Assembly (NCBI GenBank): GCA_013239625.1
Contig: MU054212.1
Location: forward strand, 4,746,270-4,810,269
DNA from: Lama guanicoe
Lineage: Eukaryota
Length of the DNA stretch: 64,000 nt
Direction: 5' to 3'
In this document: positions 37,513 through 51,240 of the stretch, one piece after another
Position numbering within the stretch: the stretch's first letter is position 1
Layout of the letters: each line of letters opens with the position of its first letter
Position numbers and translations under genes: made by a program
Notes under the pieces: generated by a model
Told to the model about the DNA's origin: nothing
Databases searched by the model: none
The model's input: only the letters and a program-made list of their open reading frames with translations

Positions 37513-39479
37513 TTTTTTTCTCCTTTTATCAGATAAGCATATTTTAATTTGCACTGGCTTTGAGAGTGAGAATTTTCAGCTTATAGCCATTCTATTTTAT
37601 TTGTTGACATCTAAAACAATATGGACCAGAAAAAATATCTGCAGTAAGATGGCCTACAACCTTTGAAGGTATTTCGGTGTATCTAATAGGGTGAATAGTT
37701 CTACAATAAATTAATAGCTAGCTCTCAAATAAATTTTAGAAGACTAAATAATACTGGATCAAATTAAAGTCTTTCTCTAGGTAATCTGCATTTTTAATAT
37801 CTCAATTGCAAATGAAAACGGTTGTTTTATTCAGGTCTATCATTATTTAGGACAACAGAAAGCATGGCCTAAGATTAACATGCAATTTATATTTTGCTAA
37901 TTATTTAGAAGAGCATTTACATATTCACTTGAGTTCAGGGAATCCCCGGCAATGTTTCCTAAATGTCTGAAATTTGTAAATAAGTGCTTTATCACCTATT
38001 TTGAAATAATATTTGAAGGTAGCTATTTTACTGAATTTAAAAAATAATTTAATTCTATGAAAAGTAGGAAAGTGTTATTGTTATCTTCAGCATTAACATT
38101 TCCTGTATCATGTTCAGGAATAAAGAAAGGTCCTGCTAATGGGATAATAATCTGTATTTATATAATAGGGACTTCAGATTTTATAATAATATAATGAAAG
38201 ATGATTTGTATCAGGTTTCCAATTTCAGGTACATAATTGCTTCTTCCATTCATTCTTACCAGGCAATTTTTTCACAGTATTTCTTTATGGAGGATATTTC
38301 AATTGATGTAATTATTTTGAGACAGTGTAGAATTCTTCAAAGGTGATTATGGTGAACATACTCTAGGGTAGTTTCTATTGGGGATAAATTTATAACTCAA
38401 ATTTGTTTTTCTCCTAGAGTATAATGCTCTTCATGTCTATACCAGAAACAATGAACACCAATTTAATTTGATATGAAGAGCCAAATTTTTCATGAGACTT
38501 AGCTGTGGCATTATATTTTGTACCTGCATTTTTACAGGCATAGAGTTTAATTGCTCCTTTATTTGGTTGATTATTTTTATATTTGGCCATTTTTGCCATT
38601 AAACTGAGATTCAACTATGCACTTACTGATGTCCTTGGGAAATTCTGTTCCCTAATGACAATTCATAGTCATAATTTAATTGCGGAAACAGTGCATGGAA
38701 GAAAAAGGTGTCTATTAAATCAATTGAGAAGAGTGAGGAGATTGAGTTGGACCTAGAAATAAATTTCCAGATTAAGAATTATTATTGGAAAGTTCTTTCA
38801 AACCATTTCACAATGACAATTTAAGGGAAACGTGTCTGATTATCCTTCATTTCTATTTTATATGAGCACTTGCTTTCAGGGAGAAATAAGTTGTAATGTA
38901 TATTAATATGCATACATAGCATATAATATATTAATGTATATAACTTTATACACAGTACTGCTGTACATTAGTTGGTAACTCTACTGCTCCTTCATAGACT
39001 AAATATTTGTCTCAAACCAGCTGAGTAAACTTTATTTTGCCTTTGTATTGCAAAAAGATATAGAAGAGACTAAAGTATGTTAATATATCTGTATCATTTT
39101 AAATTCTTTTCTACCCAAAGAGCTCCTCCTGGTTTTGTCTCTTGTAGCACATGTTAAAACAGCTTAGAATGAAAACGTTTGAAATTATCAACTGTATAGT
39201 AAAAAGTAACAAAGTAGTGGAGGGTGAGGGTTTAATTTTAAGACAAAATGCTTAGTTTTAATGTAAGGGAAAAAAACTAATATTTATATAAGTACTTGAA
39301 ATCTTTAAATAAAGAATCAAAAGCAAGCTATCAGGTGCTTTTATGAGCTTCCATTCAAAATTTTACTTTGAAATCTGTATCAATGATCAATGTAACGTAG
39401 TATATATGTGCCAGACATTATGCAGGACATTAAAAGTTTAGAGTCCTACAACAGACAACAGCAGCTCTTCACACTCACC

Positions 39480-40700
39480 TCGTTCTCAGTCCTGTCCCCT
39501 AGAGAGTCAAATTTTAACTGGGTCCCACCTTAGTTCCAAGAGAAGTTTCTTTTTAAATTACAAAACAAAGCTATTATATATAATTACTTTTTTCCAGTAC
39601 AAATATTGATGTACCATTTAGAAAGGGAAGGATTTAATTCACATTCCTCAACCTCCACTTACACTCAATCCCTCCTGAAAAATTTTTCTTGTACAATTGA
39701 TTTTAACTCTCTTACTGCTTTTACATGTAACTTTAGGTAATATGCTTGAATAAACATTTTTCCTTCAGCTTTGACTCCCACAACATAAAGTGAACATTTT
39801 AATGTCAAAAGCCTTTCCTTAATAGATGTTCTTTCACCTCCTAGTTCTTTCAGCTGTACCTTTACCATTATATTTTCAAGGCTGACTGCATTTGTATTCT
39901 GCTATCTTAAATTGTCCATGCTTTACTTCTTTCTGTCTTTGAAAGAATAAATGTATGTCTTCCTTACTATATTTTGAACATATCCCAAATTTAAACTCTT
40001 TTAAGATAATGCATGAAATCTATTTTTCTTGAAGATAGCATTTTTATTTTGAGCAGATTGTTCAAATTAGTCCAAATTGATACCGCGTTGATATTTCTTT
40101 TCATTGATTCTCTGGCTTATGCCCACTACTTCTTGTATCTCACAGTTTCCTCTTTACTATTTTTCACACTTATTTATTAAAGTGGATTCTCAGATATTTT
40201 CTCAGAAAGATTCCAGGCGTTTGTTTTTTCTTAATTCCAGTAAGAGAGAAATATTTTGATTTTCTTATAATTAGGTATAGAATTCCTGTTCAAATAAGCT
40301 TTCCTCAGAATATTAAAGTATTGACCTATTTTTTCCTCTGTCCTTTGTTGTCAGTGAAGAGGTGCTGTTAGCTTGATTCTTTTCCTTTATTTGCTTGTTT
40401 ATTTGCTTTTGTATCTTCTGTCTCATACATGAACTTTTTCTTTATTCTTGGTTTTACGGCAAATTTTCATCTATTATTTATATTATAATTGATTTCTAAT
40501 GCTTTCTGTTTTATTTTTCTCTCTTCAAAGCTCATTTTTGATTTGGATACTGGGTTTCCAAAATGCCTCCTTTGATTTTTTTTTTTAATATCCTATTTTT
40601 TAATCTCTCTCTTTTGTATTTTGTCATTTTTCTGAGGAGATTAAATACCCTCTCCCCTTTCATGAATCCCAATCCCACCTGTATCTTCCCTTACATTACT
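39480..40700 (-). mobile_element. Old HAL1/L1M-like fragments
   Basis: T-rich degenerate motifs 'ttaggtatagaattcctgttcaaataagctttcctcagaatattaaagtattg'. Subfamily uncertain. Confidence 0.5.
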
Positions 40701-41129
40701 TCACTTCATAATATTGTTCGCTTTTGCTTTTGATTATAAAATGCATAATGTGCACACAAAGCTATGTGTTTTTGCTATCAGTGGTCATCGTACGGCAATA
40801 CTGGGATTGGTTTATAGCAGGACCCACTCTGATGGGTGGTGGTATTGATTTGATTAGTCTGTACCAGTGCCATACTGGTTGCTAAATATTTTTAATATCC
40901 CCATACACACATATAGTATAACAACTGAAGAAACTGAATAGAAAAAAAAAACTGAAGTTGGAAACTAGCAAATCACTTTTAAAATAATAGATTGTCCATA
41001 ACATTTTTCTATTTTTAACATTAGTATCTGTTTACAAAATAAAGTTATTAAAAATTTTATACCCTACACTTTAAAAGAATTTTAACGAATTATGGCCAGC
41101 AGTTTTCTATAACTTTAAATATTATTCAA

Positions 41130-42110
41130 TGTAAAACTTAATGGATGAACAGTAGTATTTTATTTTATCTGGAGGTATAGTCATTTATTTATTTAAACTT
41201 ATTTTTGAGACATCAAAGTTATGTATTGCTTTGCTTTATAAATAACATTATGATGAAGCTCATTGTACATAAAAATTTTAAATGTCTATAATTTTCTTAG
41301 GAACATTTTGTCCTTGTTTGTCACAGGTAAAAAAAAATGAGGATACTGGTATATATTTTCAAATTGTTTTCCAGAAAGGTATACCATTTTACTCTCCCAC
41401 CAGCTTTTTCTGCTACTCATGTTGTCTCTCTCTTACTAGCACTGGAAATTTTGATCCCTTCTGTAGTCTTCCAAAATCCACAACTGAAGTGGGGAGCTAA
41501 TTTTATTTTGCATTCCTTCGATTGATACACACTTTCTATGGTTACAGATGGTTACACATTTTCTAACATAACCACTTGAATAAATCTATTAATATTCTTC
41601 CCTTTAAGTAGAAATTACTCAGTTGGTTTAGCCTTAAAAGAATCTGTTCTGTACTGAAACCTAAAAATTATTCCCTACATTTTCTTTTACTTATTTAAAA
41701 TGTAAATCTATCTGGAATTAATGTTGATAAATCTTATATATGAATAAAATAGTGTTTTTTAAAACACTTAACATTGTGCCAGGGCAAATAATTCAGCATT
41801 ATCAAATAATCATTTATTTCTCCACTCTTCCAAAATGTACCTTGATTATATATGGATGTTTTATATTTTGAAGAATATACTTCTAGGCTTTCTTATGTTC
41901 CCTGAGCAATCTGCCTACCCTTGTAAAAGTATCATTTTGGTTCATTTTATTACTCGTAGGGCAAAGTTTACTGAATAATTTTTTATTTAAAACATTTCTG
42001 AGATTTTTTCATGGGTTATTCTTCTCAGGTGAAATACAGACTAACTCACCATCTTCATAAAGGTATATGAATAAATAAAACCTTACTGAGAATTTGAACT
42101 TTCAATACAT
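41130..42110 (-). mobile_element. Old L1 (L1ME-like) fragments
   Basis: 'caaattgttttccagaaaggtataccattttactctcccaccagc', 'ttattcttctcaggtgaa'. Confidence 0.65.
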
Positions 42111-42159
42111 CTATTAAGATATTTGGTGACTGCAGCGTCATCTTTAGCAGGGCAACCTT

Positions 42160-42352
42160 TGTGACCACAAAGACCTGAGTTTGAAGCAGAGTTCCTCTGT
42201 TTACTAATTGCTAGATCTAGTATTTCTCAACTGCAATATAGGACAGCAATATAGACCTCACAGGGATGTTGTGAATTTTAAAACAAATAATTATTTCAAG
42301 TGCATACCTGAGAACCTGGCACTAAATAACCATTCAGTAAATGGTTGCAGTA
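42160..42352 (+). mobile_element. MIR SINE
   Basis: 'agacctgagtttgaa...acctcacagggatgttgtga...cctggcactaaataaccattcagtaaatgg'. Confidence 0.75.
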
Positions 42353-42599
42353 CTAACCTAATTGTGTCAGAACTCTGAGTAGGAGTGATTTACTGATCAC
42401 CCTTAGACCCCTTCACATTAACAACATGGGCTGATTTCATGTCTAAAGTATTCTTGAATATTAAAACCATGAACCCAGCCGCCTTTGTCAGAATGGGAGG
42501 ATTGCTGAATCCAGAAAAGCTGATATGATATCATATAAAAGTTATAATAATGGGTGACTAAGACTGTTAGAAAATTTCCTGGCTTTGCCTTATGTTAGT

Positions 42600-43434
42600 T
42601 TAAAGACCTCCAATGAATCATGCCTCTCTGGGCATATGATTCTCTGCACTGAGACAATACCACTGTTACCATGAAAAGGTGAAGTTCACCCACCTCTGTC
42701 TAGTCTGTTCAGGTTGCTACAATAAAAGATCACAGGCTTGGTAGCTTCTAAACAACTGAAATTTATTCCTCACATTTATGGAGGCTGGACATCCAGGGTC
42801 ATGGCACCAACATGGTTACGTGAGGGACCTCTTCCTGTCCATAGCCCACACCTTCTCCCTTCTCCCTTCGCTAGGGAGCCTCTTTCATAACGCACTAATC
42901 CCATTCACAGGAATTTCATTTTCATGACCTAAGCACCTCCAAAAGTTCCCGCCTACTAATACCATAAATTCAGTGGTTAGGATTCAACATATGAATTTTG
43001 GGGGGACATAGACATTTGCACCAGAGCAACCACCCTGACTCTGAGCTTTGCTTGTAACTTGGCTTCAACCAATAGAACTTGGTGGAAGTTGCATGCAAGT
43101 TCTACAGCGTAAGCCTTGAGAGGCCATACGGTTTTCATTCTCACCTTCTTCTGAGAACAAACACCATGCTGTGAAAGTCCATTCTAGCCTATTGGGGGAT
43201 GAGAATTTACTAGGTGGTGCATCAAGGTGCCCAATGATAGCTTCCACCAAATTCAAACCATACCTCCTGAACCCTCCAATCCTAGCAGAAGAATGTAGCC
43301 ACATGAGTAATTCCAGCAAGATTAGCACAAGACTGCCCATATTGCTGAACATACATTTCAGAAAATGATGAAGCGTTATGTTAAGCCATGAATTTTTAGG
43401 GTAATTTGTTTCATAGTAATAGAAAAATGAAATA
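42600..43434 (+). mobile_element. Older MLT1-type MaLR LTR, split by a nested LTR
   Basis: 5' part 'cctccaatgaatcatgcctc'. 3' part 'ccctgactctgagctttgcttgtaacttggcttcaaccaatagaa...ttaagccatgaatttttagggtaatttgtttcatagtaatagaaaaatgaaata'. Confidence 0.8.
42697..43028 (-). mobile_element. MLT1A-like MaLR LTR nested in antisense orientation
   Basis: TG...CA ends ('tgtctagtctgttcaggttgctacaataaa...caacatatgaattttggggggacatagacatttgcaccagagca'). 5-bp TSD ACCTC / ACCAC. Confidence 0.88.
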
Positions 43435-44744
43435 TAAAAACAGATATGCTGGGAGAGGTGAATGCTCTGTCCCTCCACTCATCCTGCATATAAATTGTAT
43501 TTTCTGGGGGTGTGGTCTGAATAAAAGGAGACAGAGCTTTCTGTCTTAACAATGTAAACTAAAGACTAAAACTTGTCAAAGGATAAATCAGAAGGAAGTT
43601 CTTCCAATTTCATTTTATGTAGGCCCAGCCTGTAATTGAAAAAGACACTTATACAGTGAAAACTCAATGGCCTTCTCTTCTAAAAATAAAAAGAAAATGA
43701 AAAATAGAAAAAAAAAAACCTCCAAAACTCCATATTCATACTTGGAAACAAAACCAATTCTAAGCAATGACTTTTGCAAAAGAGCTCTCAAATGCAGTGA
43801 CATTTAAAATAAATCTAGAGAATGTACTTATGGTGGACCCATTTTGTTCCAGGTCTTAAACAGTATCCAAATGAAACAGACATGCATAAAAGTAAATTCT
43901 TAAAAAGTAAAAGTAACTATAATAAATAATTTTTGCATTTCAGGCTAAAAAATTATTTCCTAAGCATAATGACAACAGAAAACTAATAGATTGCCATATT
44001 TGATTTCTTAAACTTCTAATACATACACATAAAAAACCCACAAAAACTAAAATGCAAGTGATGACCTGGAAATGATCCATAATATTTATGACAAATTTAT
44101 AGAATAAAGGATCAAGAAAACCAACGATCATTTTAAGAAATAAGAAATACCATTGCACAAAATATGAATACATATGTAAACATATTAGTTAAGCTAAATA
44201 AATAAATAAATAAAACAAAAACCCAACACCTTAAGTTTGCATTTGTTAAAAATGGTGCAGGGTTAGAGAAGATGAGGTGAATGAGATCTCACAAGTTCAT
44301 TACCATTTTTTAAAAGAGCAATTTGTTGGGAGTTGGTGGCGAGATTGATAGCTGGAGGGCGGCAATTACAGAAGTGGCTACTGATCCAGGCAGGAGAAAG
44401 TACATGGACACTTATCATAACATGAATAATTTATAGTCTACATGGCTTTATGCAAAGCTATCAGCCTCTTCTGATCACTCAGGAGTGAGAAATCCAGACT
44501 GCCGAAAGCAGTGACACTACATAGACTGAGAAAAAGTATCCTAGGCTAGCATATTGAATTTCTAACTAACTTCCCTCACTCACTCCTTAACCACTCCCAA
44601 CCTATAAATTTCGTTAAATAGTTGGCATAAATAATGAATCTTAAAAGGGAACCATTATTATTAGAAATGAATCAGCATGGGGCCAATGAATACACACTCA
44701 ACATTTTTTTTTTAATAAGAAAGAGCCATTTCTCTCTCTCTGTC

Positions 44745-44752
44745 ACTCACAC

Positions 44753-44782
<30 letters not shown>
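44745..44782. repeat. (CA)n microsatellite
   Basis: CA run with one CG interruption. Confidence 0.95.
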
Positions 44783-44783
<1 letters not shown>

Positions 44784-45554
44784 AATACTCACTCAGTCAA
44801 TTCTACTTTGAAAACAACCTAGTACCCTGAAAAGTGGAAAATCAAAGAAAAAAAAGTAAGACAAGAGACCAGAAGGATTTGGTAAGCTCTCAAAAACGGA
44901 ATTAAAAGTAAAATATAAGTGGCAGAAAGGATAAAAGTCCTGTTAAAAACACAATCACATATATTGAACACACATATAAAAAAAAGGAATTACAAGACAA
45001 TGGAAAAAGACAAAGGGTTCTGAATAATTAGTTGACAACTAATCGATATAGAGGATTAAGGTGACCAAACATGTAAATGACAGAAGTAATTAAAGAAGAG
45101 GAAATATGACAAAATATAAATAACTAAATTTTGCCCCATTACTGTTGCATTTATGGTAAAAGAAGCTTAGTTCAACCTGTGCCAAATGTATTATCTTAAA
45201 ACAGAGTTCCCTTCTCTTAATTATGTGCGAAGAAATAACAGGATGCATTTTTTTGAAACCTTATACCTTTGCTATTTTCTTTCACCACTTCTTGTACATT
45301 GTCTCATAGTCAATTTTTTTTCTTTTCATATTTCCCACATTTTTGGCTGCAGCTACTACATACATAAGAACATCAACTTATTGACTTTACCTAAAATATG
45401 ACTCAATTCTGTTGTAATAATCTGACAACAAGAATTCCCTTATTCTTTTTCTTCCCCAAAGATTTTGCTCATCAGTATATCTTTTTCTGTGTTGTACCTG
45501 TTTCTCAATGTAGCCAGTCACAGTATTCTTCAGTCTCCTTGTTAGATAGCATGA

Positions 45555-45730
45555 AATTCAAATTCCAATTCTCATACTGTTACCATCTTAGAAAATTAGG
45601 ATCCTTTAGTCTCATTTTTTGTTTGCAAAAAACATAATTATTATATTATCAGGATGTTATCAGGATTGAACTAGATAATAATGTTGTACTTGTAATTATT
45701 TATGACAAGCACTTGGAAGACATTGGTTAT
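45555..45730 (+). mobile_element. MIR fragment
   Basis: 'agtctcattttttgtttgcaaaa...caggatgttatcaggattgaactagataat'. Confidence 0.55.
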
Positions 45731-48700
45731 CATATACTATAAACTTAGTAGTTAGAGAAAAGTATATTTGAGATATAGTTTGTAATCATTTCCAACTTCC
45801 TGCATCATGTATTACAAAAATGAAAAGGCCACATACCTGTCACTCCTCAACCCAGGAGCCAGGAACTGAATTGTAAGCAGCATATTCCTGAGTAGAAAGA
45901 AAAAGTAAACTTCTCTGAATACAGAATATTTTGTAGATTTAACTTTGGAGATATAAAAATATTTTACATAACGTAAAACAAAAATATATAGTTTTGAAAA
46001 AACAAGGTCTAAAAAACTGAAGTAAAATGAAACAAAATAACCTGCCTTAATCACACACGTACATAAATAGGAACATATTTATGTATTTATACGCATACAG
46101 ACACATACACAGAGGTGCGATGACACAATGTCTGCTACTTGTTTCAAACTTTCAAAATAATACACTGTGGCGAGGGGGTGTAGTTAGAGAGTTTGAGAAG
46201 AAACCAGATCCACCCTGAATTGACCTCTGCCACATTCATGCTCTTGCCCACTCAAAGAATGTCTCTGCAACAAAAATGTAAGAATGGGACTTCCCTTTAA
46301 AAAACTGCACTACTAATATTACCTTCCCAAGTTCCTGATAATTTCTTTTGCTATGCTGTATCATACTAAAAACTTTTAAAATTTATTTGTTTAATGGATC
46401 AGCATTCGTGGTCAGTCTCTCCTGCTGCCTTTTTTTAAAAATTTTTTTCCCCTGTCTCTCTGAAATATTCCATACAATTAAGAAGTTTTATGCTATTTCC
46501 TATCTCCTGAATCTCCATTTCTGGGTGAGTTTTGTTAGTAGCTCCTGTGTGGAGCGATTCCTTTGTTCTGGTTTATAATTGGCTCTCCAGCCACAGAGTT
46601 TTACTCCAGAGTATTTTCCAAAGTGTCATAGATTTCTCAGCTTCTTTCTCTGGCTTTACCAGACTCTTACTTTTTCACCCTTTCTGTTTATGAAAAAAAG
46701 CTATCCCTCTAGGCATCGTAATGTTTTATACTGAGTAGAACACTTACCTAAGCTGTGATTTTTTTTTTAAAAAAGAACGTGGGTCTCACAGCCATTCTGC
46801 TAATTCATGATGGCTTTTCATTCGTTTCATGAAGGATCTAATTTAAACTGTACTTCTACACATACATTTACTGCTCAGAGTTTTGATGTTGATATTTAGT
46901 ATTGACATCTATCATTTTCTTCTATGGTATATGCAATTAAAGAGAAATCACAGATAGATCATAGTTAATGTCACAATTTATTGATAAGTCAGGTAACAAT
47001 TTATTGATCAATAATGTAACTTATATCTTTTGTTTCATTCATACAAAGGTAGTCTGATAAATCTGTATTTACAAAAAATTAAAGACCTAACCCATCATAG
47101 GCCTCAAATTTTCATATCAACCTAACAGGGAGATCAGAACAAGAACAGATCATCTTATCAAAATGCTTTCTTGAGAAGTCCTTAGAGTATCTGATCTCAC
47201 CTGTCTCAGGAGCATGACTAAGATCAGCTAACTGAGAGGTCAAGGGACAGAAGATAGAATCAGTGTTTATGACTTTCACCCAGAGCCGCGCCTGTTTCTC
47301 ATCAGCCCATCAATCCATCATTTTTGTGTCACGTTGACCTCTCAGTTTATCAGTCAGTCAAAATTCTGCTACAGATCTTCCAGGTCTGGCATTTATGTTG
47401 ACCTAAATTTCTAGCTCTTGAACTCTGTTCATTTTTTGCTTCATAGCTTGTGTTCCCCTGGGTAGGATATTTTTAGACTGCCTTCCTAATAACTGACCTT
47501 CTCACTTAGTCTTAGAAATAGACCTCCCACAATAGCTCCAGAGAGACACTTCTCAAATGTTGAGTAGTGTAATGAGATACCCTTGACAACAATGTCAGGA
47601 AACATTTAAAAGTACAGATGTTCCCACCACAAGTTTTTTGTATATCACACTGCATAGAAGTCAAGGAGTTAATATTAGTTTGTAGCTCATAAAGGCAACT
47701 CTGCCAGGTCTAGAGTGATATGGAACAGGTGTATAGCTTTATAGTAATCTGGACTAGTATATGCATAAACCCAGAAGAATCTTGAGCAATATGTGGAATT
47801 CAAGTTTCTTTCAAAAGATCCTTGACAAATATCACTTTCCACAGCTGGACTTCTGCATAACCAGTATATTAAACACTTCCAGATTAAGTTTGATATTAAG
47901 TATCTTAAATTTAATTCATTTTAATTGAAAAAAAATTCCATATGGTCACAATATCAGATATGCAGATGGAAATACACTGGTTTTTGTTACCTAAAAAGCA
48001 GGAATGATGTAATTGTAGTTGAAGAAAGAGAAATATATGGCCATAGAAATTGCCAGGCTGTTGCAATTGAAATGTCCTCTCAACAGTATCATTGAAACAT
48101 CCCCACAACTTATTTCATATATATGTACTAGATTTTCTCCTTTGGCATTGCGTGTGGAGAAGGGGAACTACTAAATACTAATACTAAAAATCTTATAATT
48201 ATTTATAAGTTTTAGCCCTCAGTAATTCACAATCTGGAAAATATGGATTTATTTTCCCCCCAAATATCTAAATGTTAAAAAATACTACATCTTTAATATA
48301 ATTTGTAAACACTAGAAATTTCTGCTTTAAAATTATTCCTAGTTTCTTTGTAGGATAAATTTCTAAATTTCTGTTTCTAATAGTATTTGGCAAATACACC
48401 TACTTTTGATTTTGTTTTTCTGTTTCTATATGCTTTATTTAGTTCTTTAATGTTTCATATTAAACATTGAAGACACCATGAGACATCTATTGGCTACTTG
48501 TTTTGCATTTTTTGCTCATCTCTAGTTTATTTATCAGTATCCCCTCTTTTAGTCCTTACCACAGCCACTGATACTTTTTTGTTATTTTTCTGTGTATTTT
48601 CCTAAAGTCCCATTTTGCTGCTTTCCTGTCATTCTGCCTCTAATGACTATCCTGGATTCATTTAAGTATGTGGTTTCTATTTCACTCCTGGAGCAAGTAG

Positions 48701-48869
48701 GAATGAGAAGTCAAAATACTTTGATTAAAAAGACGCCTGGATCAACTTGAAATGAGAAGGAAAAAAAACTGAATAACAATATACTAATTTGGAATCGATT
48801 CATTTCTGTTTTAATCCTTCTTTTATGATGATTATTATCACATTTTCATCTATTTATCATCTAGGTTAC

Positions 48870-50366
48870 CATTCCACATCTTCACTTCAAGTCTCTAACC
48901 CTTCTCCTGCCCTTGCAGTCCTCAACCAACGGCCAGGCTTGGCGTTTCAGTAAAATGAATGACATTTTTCAGTTCGACCCCAATCCAATTGCCTCACACA
49001 TCAGCTAGATTCCATGATCTCTTTTCTACCTAAGAATCTTGCTCCAGAGAGCCTCCTATCTCTCTCCTACATGGACAGTTCCAACCCTGTATTAGATCAA
49101 TTCCATGACATTATAGTTCTCACTGTTAAAAACTAGGTTTTCTTTGCTCATCATTCCCTTCCATGTCTGTCTTTTTCTCTGGTACAGTTAGAACAAAATG
49201 TTCAATATAACAGTTCAAATTTAATGATGATGTTATCTCATGCTTCTTGAAATCCAACAGGATTACTTAAACAGCACTTATCGGGACCATCGGTGACCTC
49301 CATGCTGCTAAAGCTAGTGGTCAAGTGTCATTTTTCATCTTGGTTTATTAGTAGCGGTTAATGAACCTGACCAATAACTTGAAATATTTCCGCTCTTTTT
49401 CCTCTCGGAGCACTACTCCCTCAATTTTCCTCCTCCTTCACATATTAATCTATCTCAGTTTCCTTTGCTTCCTCTCCTCCTCTCAATGGTTTCAATACCC
49501 CAGGGGTTCATTTTTCTAACCTCTTTTTTCTCTTCCCTTTAGTTGATCTCATCTAATCACATAAGTCATAAAAAAAACAGGCAGGAAACCAATTCCTGTT
49601 CTAAATGCTAATAATTTCCAAATGCCTATGTCTTGCCTCAGTATTTCCCCTGAATTTCATCTTTTAAAAATTCAAAACTGTTTGGATGTATAAAAAGCAC
49701 TCCAGCTTCATACGCTCAAAACTGAACTCTTCATACACACACACACACACACATCTGCTTTTCTTACAGTCCTCTCTAGCTCGGTAAACACAACTCTGTA
49801 TTTCTGATTGCTGAGGTTGAACTTATTGGGTCAACACTGTACATACATCTCCTTCTCCCCAGTAGTGCATCCAAACATTAGCAAATTCTGTAAGCTATGG
49901 CTTCAGCATATACAATCAGAATTAAACCATTTCTTAACATTCCTACCACGATATTCGGGCTCAAGGTACCAACATCTCTTGTCTAGATTATTAAAATAAA
50001 CATTTAACTCATTTCTGGCTTCAAACTTGTCCCTCTAAGTTTTCTCTTTTACACAACATTAAAATATCCTATCCTATTCTATCTAATTCTATCTTACTCT
50101 GTCCTATCTTAAAATATCCCTATACACTTTACCCTTCAAATAACTTTTTGAACATCTGACATAAAATATCCCCTCCCCTTGCTCATGAAAGGCTCAGAAC
50201 AGACTTGTTTTGTTGACCACTGAATACCCACGAACAACAAAACACACAGCCATATACATACATATTTATGTATAAAACAAATGAACATATAAATGCACAT
50301 ATATATTTTGATATGTATAAAAACATATATATGTATATCAATAAATATGATGTTTGAATGAATGAA
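48870..50366 (+). mobile_element. L2 (L2a-like) element
   Basis: 'ggtgacctccatgctgctaaagctagtggtcaa', 'caaaactgaactcttcat', 'ccaaacattagcaaattctgtaagctatggcttcagcatata', with terminal 'tgtttgaatgaatgaa'. Confidence 0.85.
49733..49753. repeat. (CA)n microsatellite
   Basis: CA run within the L2. Confidence 0.9.
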
Positions 50367-50910
50367 AGTTAAATGAATATATTACCACAAAGATATAGAT
50401 TTAGAAGGGTGTGCTATTCCACATTTATATTTATAACCAAATATAAGAGCTTTCTCTTTCTTTACCAAGTACTGTACTGAAAGGCAAAGGTAGATTAAAA
50501 AATACGTAAGTAACTCTGAGTACAGTTCCCTAATTTAAACTTCAAAAGTTTTTGAGGTGACATTAATGAGAATCTTGGTATTATTGACAGTGTCTGAGTT
50601 GAAATTTCTATAAGATTAAGCAGTGAAAAAGTCCTCTATCTTGTATTTTCTTTTCCACTCCGCAGAGTCACCCAGTTATACTCCTATTGGCTTCAAGTAT
50701 TTGTCACTTTCACTTAATTAACAAGCAAATCCTATTCTGATAGTTTTCTGGGATGGAAGAATCAGAATGTGTAACTGAATTTCACAAACTGGTAAGCCGT
50801 TTTACGGAGGAATGGAATTTACAATTTGAGTGAAAGATCAAGTTCTCAGTATTTGCAAACTTCTTGGTGAAGTCTCTAACCTCAAGTTATTTTTATGAGT
50901 TATTATAGTG

Positions 50911-50953
50911 AGTGTATCTTCACTTACTTTGAAGTGTATCTTCACTTACTTTG
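50911..50953. repeat. Tandem duplication with 22-bp period
   Basis: AGTGTATCTTCACTTACTTTG at 50911-50931 and 50933-50953. Confidence 0.92.
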
Positions 50954-50984
50954 TGGCTGCAGAAGGCTGGTTAGAGAAACACAA

Positions 50985-51240
50985 CACTGCTGGCTATGAA
51001 GATGGAGAAGGGGGCCTATAGCCAAGGAGTACCTCTAAAAACTGGAAAATGTAAAGAAACAGCTTTTCCTCTAGAGTCTCCAGAAAGGAAGGTGCCCCTG
51101 CTGATAGCTTGATTTTTAACCCAGAAATATCAATGTTGGAATTATAACCTAGGAAACTCCAATATAATACATTTGCATTCTTTTAAGCCACTACGTTTCC
51201 TGCTAATGCGTTCTGTAAGTAGCAACAGGAAACTAACTCA
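50985..51240 (+). mobile_element. MLT1D-like MaLR LTR, 3' half
   Basis: 'ctgctggctatgaagatggagaagggggcctatagccaagga...cctctagagtctccagaaaggaa...ttttaagccact...agcaacaggaaactaactca'. Confidence 0.85.

Noticed and set aside
43065..43478. Longest ORF (137 aa)
   Set aside because: It lies antisense within a decayed MLT1 LTR and has no protein motif.
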